Assembly (NCBI GenBank): GCA_035546095.1
Contig: DASZXB010000073.1
Span: forward strand, 21,866 to 85,865
Direction: 5' to 3'
DNA: 64,000 bases
DNA from: Verrucomicrobiia bacterium
GTDB taxonomy: Bacteria > Verrucomicrobiota > Verrucomicrobiia > Limisphaerales > UBA11358
Shown: positions 45,859 through 55,845 of the stretch, in pieces
Position numbering within the stretch: position 1 is the first letter of the stretch
How the letters are laid out: each line of letters starts with the position of its first letter
The notes under the pieces: generated by a model
What the model was told of the DNA's origin: nothing
Databases searched by the model: none
The model's input: only the letters and a program-made list of their open reading frames with translations
Translations under genes and position numbers: made by a program

Positions 45859-46501
45859 AATCAAGGTGCTGATTGTTGACGACCATCCGCTCTTGCGAAG
45901 TGGGCTGAAGCAAACGATTGAATCCGATTCGCGCTTTGAAATGGCGGCGGAGACCGGAGATGGCGAAACTGCATTGAAATGGATTCTCGAAAAAAAGCCC
46001 GACGTGGTCGTGCTCGACGTGAATTTGCCCGGATTGAGCGGATTGGACATCGCCCGCAAATTGCAAGGCAAGCATCTGCCTATCCGCGTCATCATGCTCA
46101 CGATGCACAAGGAGGAAGACATTTTGAATCACGCGCTCGACCTCGGCGTGAAAGGTTTTGTGTTAAAGGAAAACGCTGATGACGAAATCCTGAAAGCGTT
46201 GATTACCGTCGCTGGGGGCGAATACTATTTGAGTTCTTCGCTTTCCGGCCATTTGGTTCGCCGCCGCAATCGCGCCGAAGCGCTCGCCGCGCAAAAGCCC
46301 GGACTGGACGATTTGACTAAAGCCGAACGGCGCATCCTCAAACTTATCGCTGAGAAAAAAACCAGCCGCCAGATTGCCGCTGAATTGTTCATCAGCCAAC
46401 GCACCGTTGAAGCGCATCGCGCCAACATCAGCAAAAAATTGGAATTGCGCGGCAGCCACAGTCTTCTGCATTTCGCATTGGAAAATCGCTCGCAACTCTG
46501 A
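45845..46501 (+). CDS. NarL/LuxR-family response regulator
   Basis: 'KVLIVDDHPLL...VVVLDVNLPGLSGLD' plus a LuxR helix-turn-helix ('LTKAERRILKLIAEKKTSRQIAAELFIS'). Overlaps the kinase gene by 14 nt. Confidence 0.9.
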   Translation: MPANKIKVLIVDDHPLLRSGLKQTIESDSRFEMAAETGDGETALKWILEKKPDVVVLDVNLPGLSGLDIARKLQGKHLPIRVIMLTMHKEEDILNHALDLGVKGFVLKENADDEILKALITVAGGEYYLSSSLSGHLVRRRNRAEALAAQKPGLDDLTKAERRILKLIAEKKTSRQIAAELFISQRTVEAHRANISKKLELRGSHSLLHFALENRSQL

Positions 46502-46654
46502 TTCACACACTTGTTTTTGCCAATCACTCTTTGGCAATCCTACCTAGAAAAATAGCGAGAACTACCTAGTTGAAATTGCGTGTGAACCACAATTTCGCAC
46601 CGCCGTTTCATGTGGCATTCTGATGAACTAATTTTGATTTAGTTTTCGCCCAGA

Positions 46655-47248
46655 ATGAAATTGACAGTCATTAATTACGATGCAAAAGCGGTGCCGGTTC
46701 GCAAATCGAACGGCGACCGTCCTCGTCCCTATTTCCGCCAGCTTTCACGCGCCATTGACGACAAACCGGACGACGACCAACCGGCGGCTTACACTTCGCC
46801 AGATCAATTGACCGCCGCGAAACGGGATTCACTGGAGAACAAGGATTTCTCCGGCTTCAAGCGCGGCTCAAGTTCTTCACGGCGCATTTTGTTAGTGGAT
46901 GACGATACCGAAACGCGCACATTGATTGGCTTTGCGCTGACCAGCGAAGGTTACGAAGTCAAACACGCCAACAACGGCAAAGACGCCATCACATTGCACA
47001 ACCAACAACCGTTTGACCTCATCATCACCGAATTGATTTTGAAGGAAAAAGACGGTTTCGAGATTTTTGCGGAATTAAGCCGCAAACCACATCCGACGAA
47101 ATTCATCGCCACAGCCAAAACCTCTTGGACTTCAGCCGAACTCTCTTTGAACATGGCCAAAAAACTCGGCGCGCATTTTACATTGACCAAACCCTTCAAG
47201 ACCGAGCAATTACTTGAAACTGTTCGTAAAGCACTGGATCAAAATTAA
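46655..47248 (+). CDS. receiver-domain protein with Glu at the phospho-acceptor position
   Basis: The C-terminal REC domain reads 'RRILLVDDDTETR...FDLIITELILKEKDGFEIF...LTKPF'. The canonical D57 equivalent is E. The N-terminal 85 aa are unassigned. Confidence 0.75.
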   Translation: MKLTVINYDAKAVPVRKSNGDRPRPYFRQLSRAIDDKPDDDQPAAYTSPDQLTAAKRDSLENKDFSGFKRGSSSSRRILLVDDDTETRTLIGFALTSEGYEVKHANNGKDAITLHNQQPFDLIITELILKEKDGFEIFAELSRKPHPTKFIATAKTSWTSAELSLNMAKKLGAHFTLTKPFKTEQLLETVRKALDQN

Positions 47249-47611
47249 ATCGTCACCACCGATTTTAGTTTCCTGAAAAAACTTTGCAGTTCGCGCTGAT
47301 ATTTTCTGGACAAACCGGCAAATCAGTTTTCTAATTGGCTTGCGTTCAATCGAACGCGGTTCCTCAACCTTCCGACGCCGCTCGTGTGAGTTGGCGTTGC
47401 AACCCAAGCCGTAGCGCGTCTTTGAACCAGTCGTTTTGATTTTCGGCGCGTCACGGCAAAACTTAAACCTCGCCCGTAAATGCGGTGCGACACGAACATG
47501 GCCGTTATGGAACTGATCGAGTCTTTGGCGTTCAATTTTGTCGCGCGTTTTTATTTCGCGTCTCCCCTCGTATTTTGCGGGCAAACTCAAATGACCCGCC
47601 ATGAATGCCAT
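47210..47611 (-). CDS. very basic 133-aa hypothetical protein
   Basis: It is the only ORF filling the 350-bp gap 47249-47600, and its codon usage looks native. No motif recognised. The 3' end overlaps the convergent gene by 39 nt. Confidence 0.25.
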   Translation of the reverse strand: MAFMAGHLSLPAKYEGRREIKTRDKIERQRLDQFHNGHVRVAPHLRARFKFCRDAPKIKTTGSKTRYGLGCNANSHERRRKVEEPRSIERKPIRKLICRFVQKISARTAKFFQETKIGGDDLILIQCFTNSFK

Positions 47612-49082
47612 CCTATCCAAATTATTGCATCGCGCGAGCGACCTCGCCGATGTTGAACCCGTCGTCGCGCTGTTTCTCGGCGCTGCCTTGCTCGCCGTCT
47701 TTCTGACGGCGTTATTCCAAAATAAAACCGCCGCCGAAGCCGACGGCAAAAATTCCAGCCTACTTTGGGCGCTTTACAGAAATTTTACCCGATTGCTTTG
47801 GGCAATTTTGCTTGTCGCGTTGCTGGTCGCAACCATTTCAATTCTGCGTTCTTATTTGCGCCAAACCGCAAATAATTTTCAACGCACGCACGGACGCATC
47901 ACGCAAGCCAATTACAATGCCGTCCAAACCATTTGGGGTTCCGAGCAAGCGCAAGGCGAATTGAACGTGGACATTTACCACGACGAAGAAATCAGCGAAC
48001 GCATCGAATCCGAAGACCCGACCAAACCCGCGTTGATCCGCAAGAAAACTATCCACAAATCCATCACCGGCAATCCGTTTGTCTCCGCGCGACATAAAAT
48101 CACCTTGCGACCGAATGCGCGCAAAAAGGGTTCCGCATTTTATGGCGGTTACGAAACCGATTGCGATTTCAACTGGAAATTGCGCAATCCATCCGACACC
48201 AATCAAAACTGCACCCTTACCTTTCCCCTGCCCGCTTACAACGCGATTTATGACGGACTTGTGGCCACGCTGAACGGCAAAGATGTTCTGCCGCAAATGG
48301 AAATCAAGGATTCAAGCCTCGTATTTACACAAGATTTGCAACCGAACGAAACGACGGACTTTCACATCGCTTTCAAAAGTCGCGGCTTGAGCTATTGGTA
48401 TTTTCAAGTGCGGGAAGCGCGAGAAATCCGTGATTTCACGCTCACTTTGAATCTGCCGACGTTGCCGAAATCAAAACTGAATTATCCCGACGGCTGCATG
48501 ACGCCGACGGAAATCACGGCCACGAAAGACAATCAAGGAACCATTTTGACTTACCGGCTTGACCATGCACTGACCGACAAAGGCATGGGCATTTCGCTTC
48601 CCAAATTGTCGCAACCCGGCGAAACTACGCGCGCTGTTCTCGACGAAACGGAAAATGCGTGGCTGCTCGTTTTCGGCGTGTTGAGCTTGTCGTTCACAAT
48701 CGCTTCCGCACGTCACGCGGTTTTGCTGACAATCCTTTTTACCATCGCCACCGCATTTGGTTACGGATTGCTCGCCGATTTCAGCGATTTACTTTTTGGG
48801 TTTTGGGGAACAGCCATCTTCATTTTGCTGCCCATGTTCGGACTACTTACATGGTTGCTGAAACGCACAATTCCACAAATCGGCAAATGGCTCGCCGCAC
48901 AATTTTTATTGTTCAGCGTCATTTATCCATCAGTCGCCGGATTGGATGCCGACCGCCAATCGCTTTACCTGAATCTTTGCGCCTTAATCTTTTTGTCGTT
49001 CGTCGCGTGGCTGTTAATCAAAAATTTGGCGAATGAAAAAATTTCAGTTCAGCCGCAAATGGAAAGGACGCCTACAACCTAA
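47601..49082 (+). CDS. membrane protein with CreD-like topology (hypothetical)
   Basis: N-terminal TM helices, a ~330-aa extracytoplasmic region, then 4-5 C-terminal TM helices. The resemblance to CreD is weak and topological. Confidence 0.5.
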   Translation: MNAILSKLLHRASDLADVEPVVALFLGAALLAVFLTALFQNKTAAEADGKNSSLLWALYRNFTRLLWAILLVALLVATISILRSYLRQTANNFQRTHGRITQANYNAVQTIWGSEQAQGELNVDIYHDEEISERIESEDPTKPALIRKKTIHKSITGNPFVSARHKITLRPNARKKGSAFYGGYETDCDFNWKLRNPSDTNQNCTLTFPLPAYNAIYDGLVATLNGKDVLPQMEIKDSSLVFTQDLQPNETTDFHIAFKSRGLSYWYFQVREAREIRDFTLTLNLPTLPKSKLNYPDGCMTPTEITATKDNQGTILTYRLDHALTDKGMGISLPKLSQPGETTRAVLDETENAWLLVFGVLSLSFTIASARHAVLLTILFTIATAFGYGLLADFSDLLFGFWGTAIFILLPMFGLLTWLLKRTIPQIGKWLAAQFLLFSVIYPSVAGLDADRQSLYLNLCALIFLSFVAWLLIKNLANEKISVQPQMERTPTT

Positions 49083-49096
49083 AGGTCGTCTAAATG

Positions 49097-49128
49097 AAAA
49101 GGCCGCTGTAATTTTCACAGCGGCTTTT
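49097..49128. terminator. bidirectional intrinsic terminator between convergent genes
   Basis: GCCGCTGT / ACAGCGGC form a perfect 8-bp stem with a 7-nt loop, with an A-run on the left and a T-run on the right. Confidence 0.6.
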
Positions 49129-49143
49129 CATCAAATCATTTTA

Positions 49144-50049
49144 TTACTGCGCTGGCGATGTTTTCGGCGTTTGCACAGCCAAAAGTTCGCCGAGCAACGC
49201 TGAGCCTTTCGGGATCAAGGTGATGGCCGCCTGATTGTCGAGGATGTTCTGCGTTTCAAGTGTTTGAAACAGCGCGTCGGAAACTTCTTTGTCCTTTGAA
49301 ATTTCCTGCAACGCTTCGCCGACGATATGCGGGCGCATCGCCGCGGCTTTCGCAAATTCGATGGCTGCCTGCCGTTCCGCCGTGCTGGTGATAATGCTGA
49401 CCTGATTCGCGCCGGCTTGTTTGATGGCCGCCGTGACCTGCCGCAAACGGTTCACGACTTTTTCCTCAATCTGCCGGATCATATTTTCGTCGCGGAAATG
49501 AACTTTGCGGATGTAAACCGAACCGAGCTGATAGCCCCATTCATTGGATTTGGGCGAGACTTCTTCGCGCACGGTCTGACTCATCGTGTGCCGGTCCTGC
49601 AACATTTTATCCAGCGGCAGATTGCTCAAACAACGAACCGTGGAATTGCTGACGTTCGCCGCGAGCGAACCGCGCGGGTCGGCATTTTTGAAAAGATACG
49701 CAATCGGATCGTTGATATACATTTCATACCAGATACCGATGCCCATCGGCGCGCCTTCTTCCGAATTCACCGGCTGGCTGCGTAGATAAGTCTGGTCGAG
49801 GCGCAAATCCAATTCGTAACACTTGCCGAAATAATTGACGATGAATGCGCGCGCGCCAAGTTTACTCGGGAGAAAATGCAATCCTGGCTCGCTCAACATG
49901 GCGATGACTTTGCCGAATAAAACGTAAACCTTGCAGCGCCCTTCGTTCACGACGGTGAAAAGCCCAAACAAGCGCATGAGACCGAGAACCATCGGCACGA
50001 TAATCGCCCAACCCACGAGCGACGAAAAAAATGCGATGATAAAGATCAT
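49144..50049 (-). CDS. SPFH/Band 7 (stomatin-prohibitin) domain protein
   Basis: N-terminal TM helix and an SPFH core ('VNEGRCKVYVLFGKV...LDLRLDQTYL...YIRKVHF'). Confidence 0.85.
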   Translation of the reverse strand: MIFIIAFFSSLVGWAIIVPMVLGLMRLFGLFTVVNEGRCKVYVLFGKVIAMLSEPGLHFLPSKLGARAFIVNYFGKCYELDLRLDQTYLRSQPVNSEEGAPMGIGIWYEMYINDPIAYLFKNADPRGSLAANVSNSTVRCLSNLPLDKMLQDRHTMSQTVREEVSPKSNEWGYQLGSVYIRKVHFRDENMIRQIEEKVVNRLRQVTAAIKQAGANQVSIITSTAERQAAIEFAKAAAMRPHIVGEALQEISKDKEVSDALFQTLETQNILDNQAAITLIPKGSALLGELLAVQTPKTSPAQ

Positions 50050-51041
50050 TGTTTTGCCTCCATGATGACGCGTTGCGCTTTGCTATAAAGCGAGAGCCGG
50101 ACGTTGCGGATATACGATTCCAACGCGCCGTCGCCGGATTTTCTCAAATTCAACAATTGCTCGTTCAATTGTTTCAACGGTTCGACTTCGGCCTGCGCTT
50201 TGAGTGTTTCAATTTCCACCGCGCGCTTGGATTGTTCGATTTTTTGGTCTGCCGTCGCCTGCGCCAGACTGATGTCCGAGGAAACCTGATTGTGCGCCGT
50301 GTTGATCGCGGCGAGCGCGGATTCGACTTCCGGCGGCGGGTCAATGCCGGTGATCAAAGATGCGTCGAGCGTGATGCCGTAACGCGCGGCGGACGAAACA
50401 CATTCCTGATCCATGTGTTCATTGATGTCGCGCAAGTTTTTCCGCAGGTCATTGATGGAAATTCCCGAAATGCCCGACACGCTGTTCACGTCTTCTTCCG
50501 GCAGCGAATCACCTTTCTTCGGCGCTTCGAAATTGGCGATGCGCTCGCGCAACACGGAAACAAAATAGCCCATCACGTGGCTGATGGGGTGTTTCACGCC
50601 GAACAGATACGCGTAAAGATTCCGCTCCGAAACGCGATAACGGATTTGCCCAGACAAGCCGGTGTTCAATTGATCTTTTGTGACGGCTTCGAGGATTTGC
50701 CCGTCCTGATTCGCCGACGGATCGTCCGGGTCGTGCGCCATGTTCAGCGTCTGTGTGGCGACCGAAACTTTGTAAATCTTTTCCCACGGCCATTTGAAAT
50801 ACGGGCCGCCCGGCGGAATCACGCGCACTTGCGGATAAACGTAACGTAATTTTTCGTCGTCGTTCAGCGATTCGGCAATGGGGTCACTCAACGTCGTCAT
50901 GTCCGGCACGCGGTCGGCGCGGCCAAAAATGGTTTTCACCGCGCGCTCGTTCTGATTAACGGTGTAAAGCCCGCCCGCGAGATAACGCAACAGAAACCAG
51001 ACGACAAAGCCAAGAATGGAGCCAAAAAATATTCCGCTCAT
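50046..51041 (-). CDS. SPFH/Band 7 domain protein
   Basis: TM helix plus 'YTVNQNERAVKTIFGR' and a C-terminal coiled coil. 4-nt overlap with the downstream SPFH gene. ATG at 51041. Confidence 0.8.
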   Translation of the reverse strand: MSGIFFGSILGFVVWFLLRYLAGGLYTVNQNERAVKTIFGRADRVPDMTTLSDPIAESLNDDEKLRYVYPQVRVIPPGGPYFKWPWEKIYKVSVATQTLNMAHDPDDPSANQDGQILEAVTKDQLNTGLSGQIRYRVSERNLYAYLFGVKHPISHVMGYFVSVLRERIANFEAPKKGDSLPEEDVNSVSGISGISINDLRKNLRDINEHMDQECVSSAARYGITLDASLITGIDPPPEVESALAAINTAHNQVSSDISLAQATADQKIEQSKRAVEIETLKAQAEVEPLKQLNEQLLNLRKSGDGALESYIRNVRLSLYSKAQRVIMEAKQ

Positions 51042-51146
51042 AAGTTGGTGCCCTGTTGATACTGCACTTTGAAAATTAGACAAGCAAAAAGCCGCCGGAA
51101 AATTCCAGCGGCTTGAAAGCAAAAATCAAAGAGTGATTGTTAGTTT

Positions 51147-51425
51147 TTATTTGGCGGAAGCTTTCGGCGCTTTGGCCTCAATCTCCGTCGCGGTCATCGT
51201 ATAATAGACCGTGACTTTATCGCCGACTTTCACGTCCGCGCCTTTGGTGGATTTGTCCACGGCGATCTCCCATTTCTGCTGCCCTTTCTGGACGACGATG
51301 GAACTGGCGTTGACCTCCAGCACCGGGCCGGTGACTTGATATGTTTTGACATCCGCCGCGCCAACCTTCGCGGCGGCCAGGCAAAGACTGAATGCAACCA
51401 GACTGATTGTGATGATTTTTTTCAT
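51147..51425 (-). CDS. small secreted protein (hypothetical)
   Basis: Signal peptide 'MKKIITISLVAFSLCLAAAKVGA' and a beta-rich 65-aa mature part. Confidence 0.6.
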   Translation of the reverse strand: MKKIITISLVAFSLCLAAAKVGAADVKTYQVTGPVLEVNASSIVVQKGQQKWEIAVDKSTKGADVKVGDKVTVYYTMTATEIEAKAPKASAK

Positions 51426-51506
51426 AAGGTTATTTTGATTTGTGTTATGGATGTGGCTTTAATGACCTTGCTTTTCTAACCGACCGCCCATCCTTTGACA
51501 AGCGCA

Positions 51507-51543
51507 TAAAAAAAGCCGCTCCGATTTCCAGAGCAGCTTTTTG
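51507..51543 (-). terminator. intrinsic terminator of ppdK
   Basis: On the minus strand: AGCUGCUC-loop-GAGCGGCU (one U.G pair) followed by U7. It lies ~25 nt after the ppdK stop. Confidence 0.65.
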
Positions 51544-51566
51544 AAACACCGATTCGCGCCAGCCAA

Positions 51567-54305
51567 TTATTTTTTCTTCGCTTTGCGCTTTTCTTCAATT
51601 GCCGCCTGCGCCGCCGCCAATCTCGCGACCGGCACGCGGAATGGCGAGCAACTGACATAATTCAACCCGGCGCGATGACAGAATTTCACGGAATCCGGGT
51701 CACCGCCGTGTTCGCCGCAAATGCCGAGTTTGATGTCGGGTCGCGTCTTGCGGCCTTTCGTAATCGCGATTTCCATGAGTTGACCGACGCCGGTTTGGTC
51801 AATCGAAGCGAACGGATTTTTCTTGATGATTTCCGCTTCCTGATACGCGGCGAGGAACGAGCCGGAATCGTCGCGGCTCATGCCGAGGCACGTTTGCGTC
51901 AAATCGTTCGTGCCAAAGCTGAAAAATTCCGCCGTCTGCGCGATTTCGTCCGCCGTCAATGCGCCGCGCGGAATCTCAATCATCGTGCCGACGCTGTAAG
52001 TCAATTTCACTTTTTTCTCGGCCTGCACTTGCTGCGCGACTTCGTGGACAATCGCGACCTGCAAATCCAATTCCTTCTTGAAACCGACGAGCGGAATCAT
52101 GATTTCCGGTTTGCATTTGATTCCCTGTTTCGTCGCGAGCGCGGCGGCTTCAAAAACGGCGCGCGCCTGCATCCGCGTGATTTCGGGATACTTGATTCCC
52201 AAACGGCAACCGCGAAAACCGAGCATCGGATTGAACTCGTGCAATTCGGTCACGCGCTGGATGATTTTTTCGACGTGAATTCCCATCTTGCGCGCGAGGT
52301 CAAATTGTTGCTCCTTCGAGTGCGGCAAAAACTCGTGCAACGGCGGGTCGAGAAAACGAATCGTTGCCGGAAAACCTTTGAGCGCTTTGAAAATGCCGTG
52401 AAAATCTTCGCGCTGATACGGCAACAATTTCGCGAGCGCTGCTTCGCGCGCGGGCAAGGTGTCGGCGAGAATCATCTCGCGCATCGCGTCAATGCGGTCG
52501 CCCTCGAAAAACATGTGCTCCGTGCGCGTCAATCCGATTCCCACCGCGCCGAACGCGACGGCGTTCGCGGTTTGTTCCGGCGTGTCCGCATTCGTGCGCA
52601 CGCTCAAGCGCGTGAACTGCGCGCACCATTTCATCAATTGCGCGAAGTTTTTGAATTTCTCGGTTTTCTGCGCCGCCTTGTCGTTGTTGATGAGACCGGC
52701 GATGATTTCCGACGGCGCGGCTTTCAACTGTCCGGCATAGACCGTCCCCGCCGTTCCATCAATCGAAAGATAATCGCCTTCGTGAAAAGTTTGTCCGGCG
52801 ACGCTGACGGTTTTTTTGTCGTAATCAATTTCCAGCGCGCTCGCGCCGCAAATGCAAACCTTGCCCATTTGCCGGGCGACCAATGCCGCGTGCGAACTCA
52901 CGCCGCCGCGCGCGGTGAGAATTCCTTCCGCCGCAATCATGCCGCGCAAATCTTCCGGCGAGGTTTCGAGACGAACGAGCAAAACTTTTTCGCCTTTGTC
53001 GGCGGCTTGAACGGCGCGTTCGGCATTCAAATAAATTTTCCCGCTTGCCGCGCCCGGACCGGCAGGCAAACCCGTCGCAATGGCTTTCGCCTTTTTCACT
53101 TCGCTCAAATCAAAAATCGGCGCGAGCAATTGGTCGAGTTGGTCAGCCGGATTACGCAACACGGCGGTTTCCGCATCAATCAATTTTTCTTTCACCATAT
53201 CGGCGGCAAATTTCAACGCGGCGGCGGCGGTGCGCTTGCCGTTGCGCGTTTGCAGCATGAACAATTTGCCTTCCTGCACGGTGAACTCGATGTCCTGCAC
53301 GTCCTTGAAATGTTTCTCCAAAATTTTGCGGACATTGAGCAACTCCGCATAGCTCGCGGGCATCACATTTTTCAATTTCAAAACGGGTTCAGGCGTGCGC
53401 ACGCCGGCAACCACGTCTTCGCCCTGCGCGTTGACAAGAAATTCGCCGTAAAATTCGTTCGTGCCGTTCGCCGGATTGCGCGTGAATGCGACGCCGGAGC
53501 CGGATTTGTCGCCCGTGTTGCCAAACACCATCGCCTGCACATTGACCGCCGTTCCCCATTCCGACGGGATATTATATTTGCGGCGATAAACGATCGCGCG
53601 GTCGTTCATCCATGAGCCGAACACCGCGCCCGCCGCGCCGCGCAACTGTTCCCACGGGTCGTTCGGGAAAACTTTGCCGGTGCGTTCTTTCACCAATGCT
53701 TTGAAACGTTTGACCAATTCCGCTTGGTCGGCGGCGGTCAATTCGGAATCAACAATGTCCTTGTGATACTTCTCATGCTTGAATTCGTGGATGACGGTTT
53801 CAAACGGTTCGTGATCTTCGCCTTCGCGTTTTTGCACGCCAAGAACCACGTCGCCATACATCTGGATGAAACGGCGATAACAATCCCAAGCAAAACGTGG
53901 ATTGTTCGTGGCCTTTTCCAACGCGACGACAGTTTGGTCGTTGAGACCGAGATTCAAAATTGTGTCCATCATGCCCGGCATGGAATCGCGCGCGCCGGAA
54001 CGGACGGCTACGAGCAATGGCGTTCCTGAAGTCGCGCCAAATTTTGTGCCCATGATGCGTTCCATGTTGGCGATGCCCGCTTCCATCTGCGCTTGCAATT
54101 CTTTCGGATAAGTTTTCTTATGCGCGTAAAAATAAGTGCAGACCTCGGTGGTGATGGTGAAACCGGGAGGCACAGGCAGACCGATGCGCGTCATTTCGGC
54201 GAGATTCGCGCCTTTACCGCCGAGCAACGGCTTCATCGAGCCGTCGCCGTCGGCTTTTTTGTTGCCCCAAGTGTAAACGTATTTTGTAGATTTAGCTTTG
54301 GCCAT
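51567..54305 (-). CDS. ppdK: pyruvate, phosphate dikinase
   Basis: 912 aa. '[10 protein letters not shown]', the phospho-His region '[18 protein letters not shown]' and the PEP-utilising C-terminus '[11 protein letters not shown]'. Confidence 0.95.
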   Translation of the reverse strand: MAKAKSTKYVYTWGNKKADGDGSMKPLLGGKGANLAEMTRIGLPVPPGFTITTEVCTYFYAHKKTYPKELQAQMEAGIANMERIMGTKFGATSGTPLLVAVRSGARDSMPGMMDTILNLGLNDQTVVALEKATNNPRFAWDCYRRFIQMYGDVVLGVQKREGEDHEPFETVIHEFKHEKYHKDIVDSELTAADQAELVKRFKALVKERTGKVFPNDPWEQLRGAAGAVFGSWMNDRAIVYRRKYNIPSEWGTAVNVQAMVFGNTGDKSGSGVAFTRNPANGTNEFYGEFLVNAQGEDVVAGVRTPEPVLKLKNVMPASYAELLNVRKILEKHFKDVQDIEFTVQEGKLFMLQTRNGKRTAAAALKFAADMVKEKLIDAETAVLRNPADQLDQLLAPIFDLSEVKKAKAIATGLPAGPGAASGKIYLNAERAVQAADKGEKVLLVRLETSPEDLRGMIAAEGILTARGGVSSHAALVARQMGKVCICGASALEIDYDKKTVSVAGQTFHEGDYLSIDGTAGTVYAGQLKAAPSEIIAGLINNDKAAQKTEKFKNFAQLMKWCAQFTRLSVRTNADTPEQTANAVAFGAVGIGLTRTEHMFFEGDRIDAMREMILADTLPAREAALAKLLPYQREDFHGIFKALKGFPATIRFLDPPLHEFLPHSKEQQFDLARKMGIHVEKIIQRVTELHEFNPMLGFRGCRLGIKYPEITRMQARAVFEAAALATKQGIKCKPEIMIPLVGFKKELDLQVAIVHEVAQQVQAEKKVKLTYSVGTMIEIPRGALTADEIAQTAEFFSFGTNDLTQTCLGMSRDDSGSFLAAYQEAEIIKKNPFASIDQTGVGQLMEIAITKGRKTRPDIKLGICGEHGGDPDSVKFCHRAGLNYVSCSPFRVPVARLAAAQAAIEEKRKAKKK

Positions 54306-54355
54306 AAATTCAATTCAATGTATTGGTGTCGGAAAATTCAAAAAACGAGCGGCGA

Positions 54356-54383
54356 ATCCTAGCAGAGCAAATCAAAGTGTCAA
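54356..54383 (-). promoter_or_regulatory. sigma70-like promoter candidate for ppdK (TTGACA-16 nt-TAGGAT)
   Basis: On the minus strand, TTGACA is at 54383-54378 and TAGGAT at 54361-54356, ~50 nt upstream of the ppdK ATG. This is a sequence match only. Confidence 0.3.
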
Positions 54384-54431
54384 TCCGATGAATGAAGTTT
54401 CACGCACACTGCCGCAAACAAAACAGAATCC

Positions 54432-55808
54432 TTAATTGGGGAATGGTCTTTGGGTGTAATAAATCGGCCACGGAGGTTGATTGACTTTGGTCATGCCGCC
54501 AAATTGCTGCAAATCCATCTTGCCTTGAATGTAAAACAGGTGAATAACTCCGTTTAACAGCATCACTTGAGGATGGCCAGCGGTCATTCCATCCTTCGCC
54601 CCATCAGTTACCCTCAACGGTTTCGTCCATGTGTTCCCGCCATCTTTGCTGGTCACATAGTAAATGTCGTTCGGGTCATAATCCGTGTGGTATCTTCCTG
54701 CACTTGGAATGCCCGCCCACGTGACGACCACCTTGTCTCCCTCTGCGGATATGCTCGGCGCGTAGCAATACTCAATTCCTTTGGACAAAAGAACGTCTTT
54801 ACTCCAATTCGAGTCAGAGTCTTTTCGATGAGAATAGTATATGTCGTCGTTTTCAATCGCTGGACCAGAAAGGTCGAATCTCCATTTATTGTGCCGGCGG
54901 TCCATCCAGCAGACATGAACTGTGTCGTTTTCTGCTACGCTAACATAACATCCAAGTTCCTTGGCGAAAGTCTTTGTTACCTGCCTCGGTGTTTCCCATG
55001 CACCGCCTTCGACTGGTTTGCGGCTAAACCATAATTCCAACTCTCGACCAGTCTTATTATTGCGTCCAGTGACGAAATAATAATAATAATGTTTGCTTTG
55101 ATACATTGCCGGACTCATTGCTTCCAAATCAGTTATCCGCTCCATTTGCCAGACCATTCCGCCATCGAGCGAATGAAAAACCCCGTCCTCAAAAGGCCCG
55201 CGCTCTATTCTCACACTTTGTCCAAAATAGGTGACGACACGACCATCCAGACAAAAGGGGATATACAAATCAGTGTCATTGATCACACCAATTCCCAAAT
55301 GGGGAAAATCACGTTTGCCGGGGTCATTCAATTTGACGTCTGATTGATTTACTGCAAAAAAGGTAGATTTGTCTGTTAGCCATTGTTTTTCTTGAATAGT
55401 TCGGACTAATACATTTTCAGCCGCGGTCATTTGCCCAATAAGCACTTTCATAACTAGCTGATCATTTTCTGTGTATCCTTGTTCAAACATCACTCTATCG
55501 CCGGGCTGGTTTATGTCAGGCTCTGCCCAAAAATACCCATTGGGAATACCATTAAGACGCACTTCCGACCAAGACTTACTATCACGATCCATTAAGAAAC
55601 ACTTCGCTGACTTATCGTCAAGCCCCTGCAATGTGATGATTGTATCGTGCCACTTATACACATTCACTCCACCGACCAGGCTATCCTTGCTGCTAGTTAC
55701 GGTTGTTGGAGTTGCCCAATCTTGATCTGCTTGCTCGGCAAGTTTATCACAGCCGGTTAAAAGCCAGACCATTAACAGAGATGTTAACCAAACAATCGGC
55801 CTTTTCAT
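54432..55808 (-). CDS. BNR/Asp-box repeat (sialidase-like beta-propeller) lipoprotein
   Basis: Lipobox 'LLTGC'. Asp-boxes 'SLDGGMVW', 'SHRKDSDSNW' and 'TSKDGGNTW'. The gene is A+T-richer than its neighbours. Confidence 0.7.
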   Translation of the reverse strand: MKRPIVWLTSLLMVWLLTGCDKLAEQADQDWATPTTVTSSKDSLVGGVNVYKWHDTIITLQGLDDKSAKCFLMDRDSKSWSEVRLNGIPNGYFWAEPDINQPGDRVMFEQGYTENDQLVMKVLIGQMTAAENVLVRTIQEKQWLTDKSTFFAVNQSDVKLNDPGKRDFPHLGIGVINDTDLYIPFCLDGRVVTYFGQSVRIERGPFEDGVFHSLDGGMVWQMERITDLEAMSPAMYQSKHYYYYFVTGRNNKTGRELELWFSRKPVEGGAWETPRQVTKTFAKELGCYVSVAENDTVHVCWMDRRHNKWRFDLSGPAIENDDIYYSHRKDSDSNWSKDVLLSKGIEYCYAPSISAEGDKVVVTWAGIPSAGRYHTDYDPNDIYYVTSKDGGNTWTKPLRVTDGAKDGMTAGHPQVMLLNGVIHLFYIQGKMDLQQFGGMTKVNQPPWPIYYTQRPFPN

Positions 55809-55845
55809 AAGTTCATTGAAGGTCTTCTCGTAAATGAGTTAAAGA

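Noticed and set aside
51675-53615. 646-aa plus-strand ORF
   Set aside because: It is entirely antisense to ppdK, an unmistakable 912-aa gene. Its Arg/Phe-rich low-complexity translation is typical of a shadow ORF.
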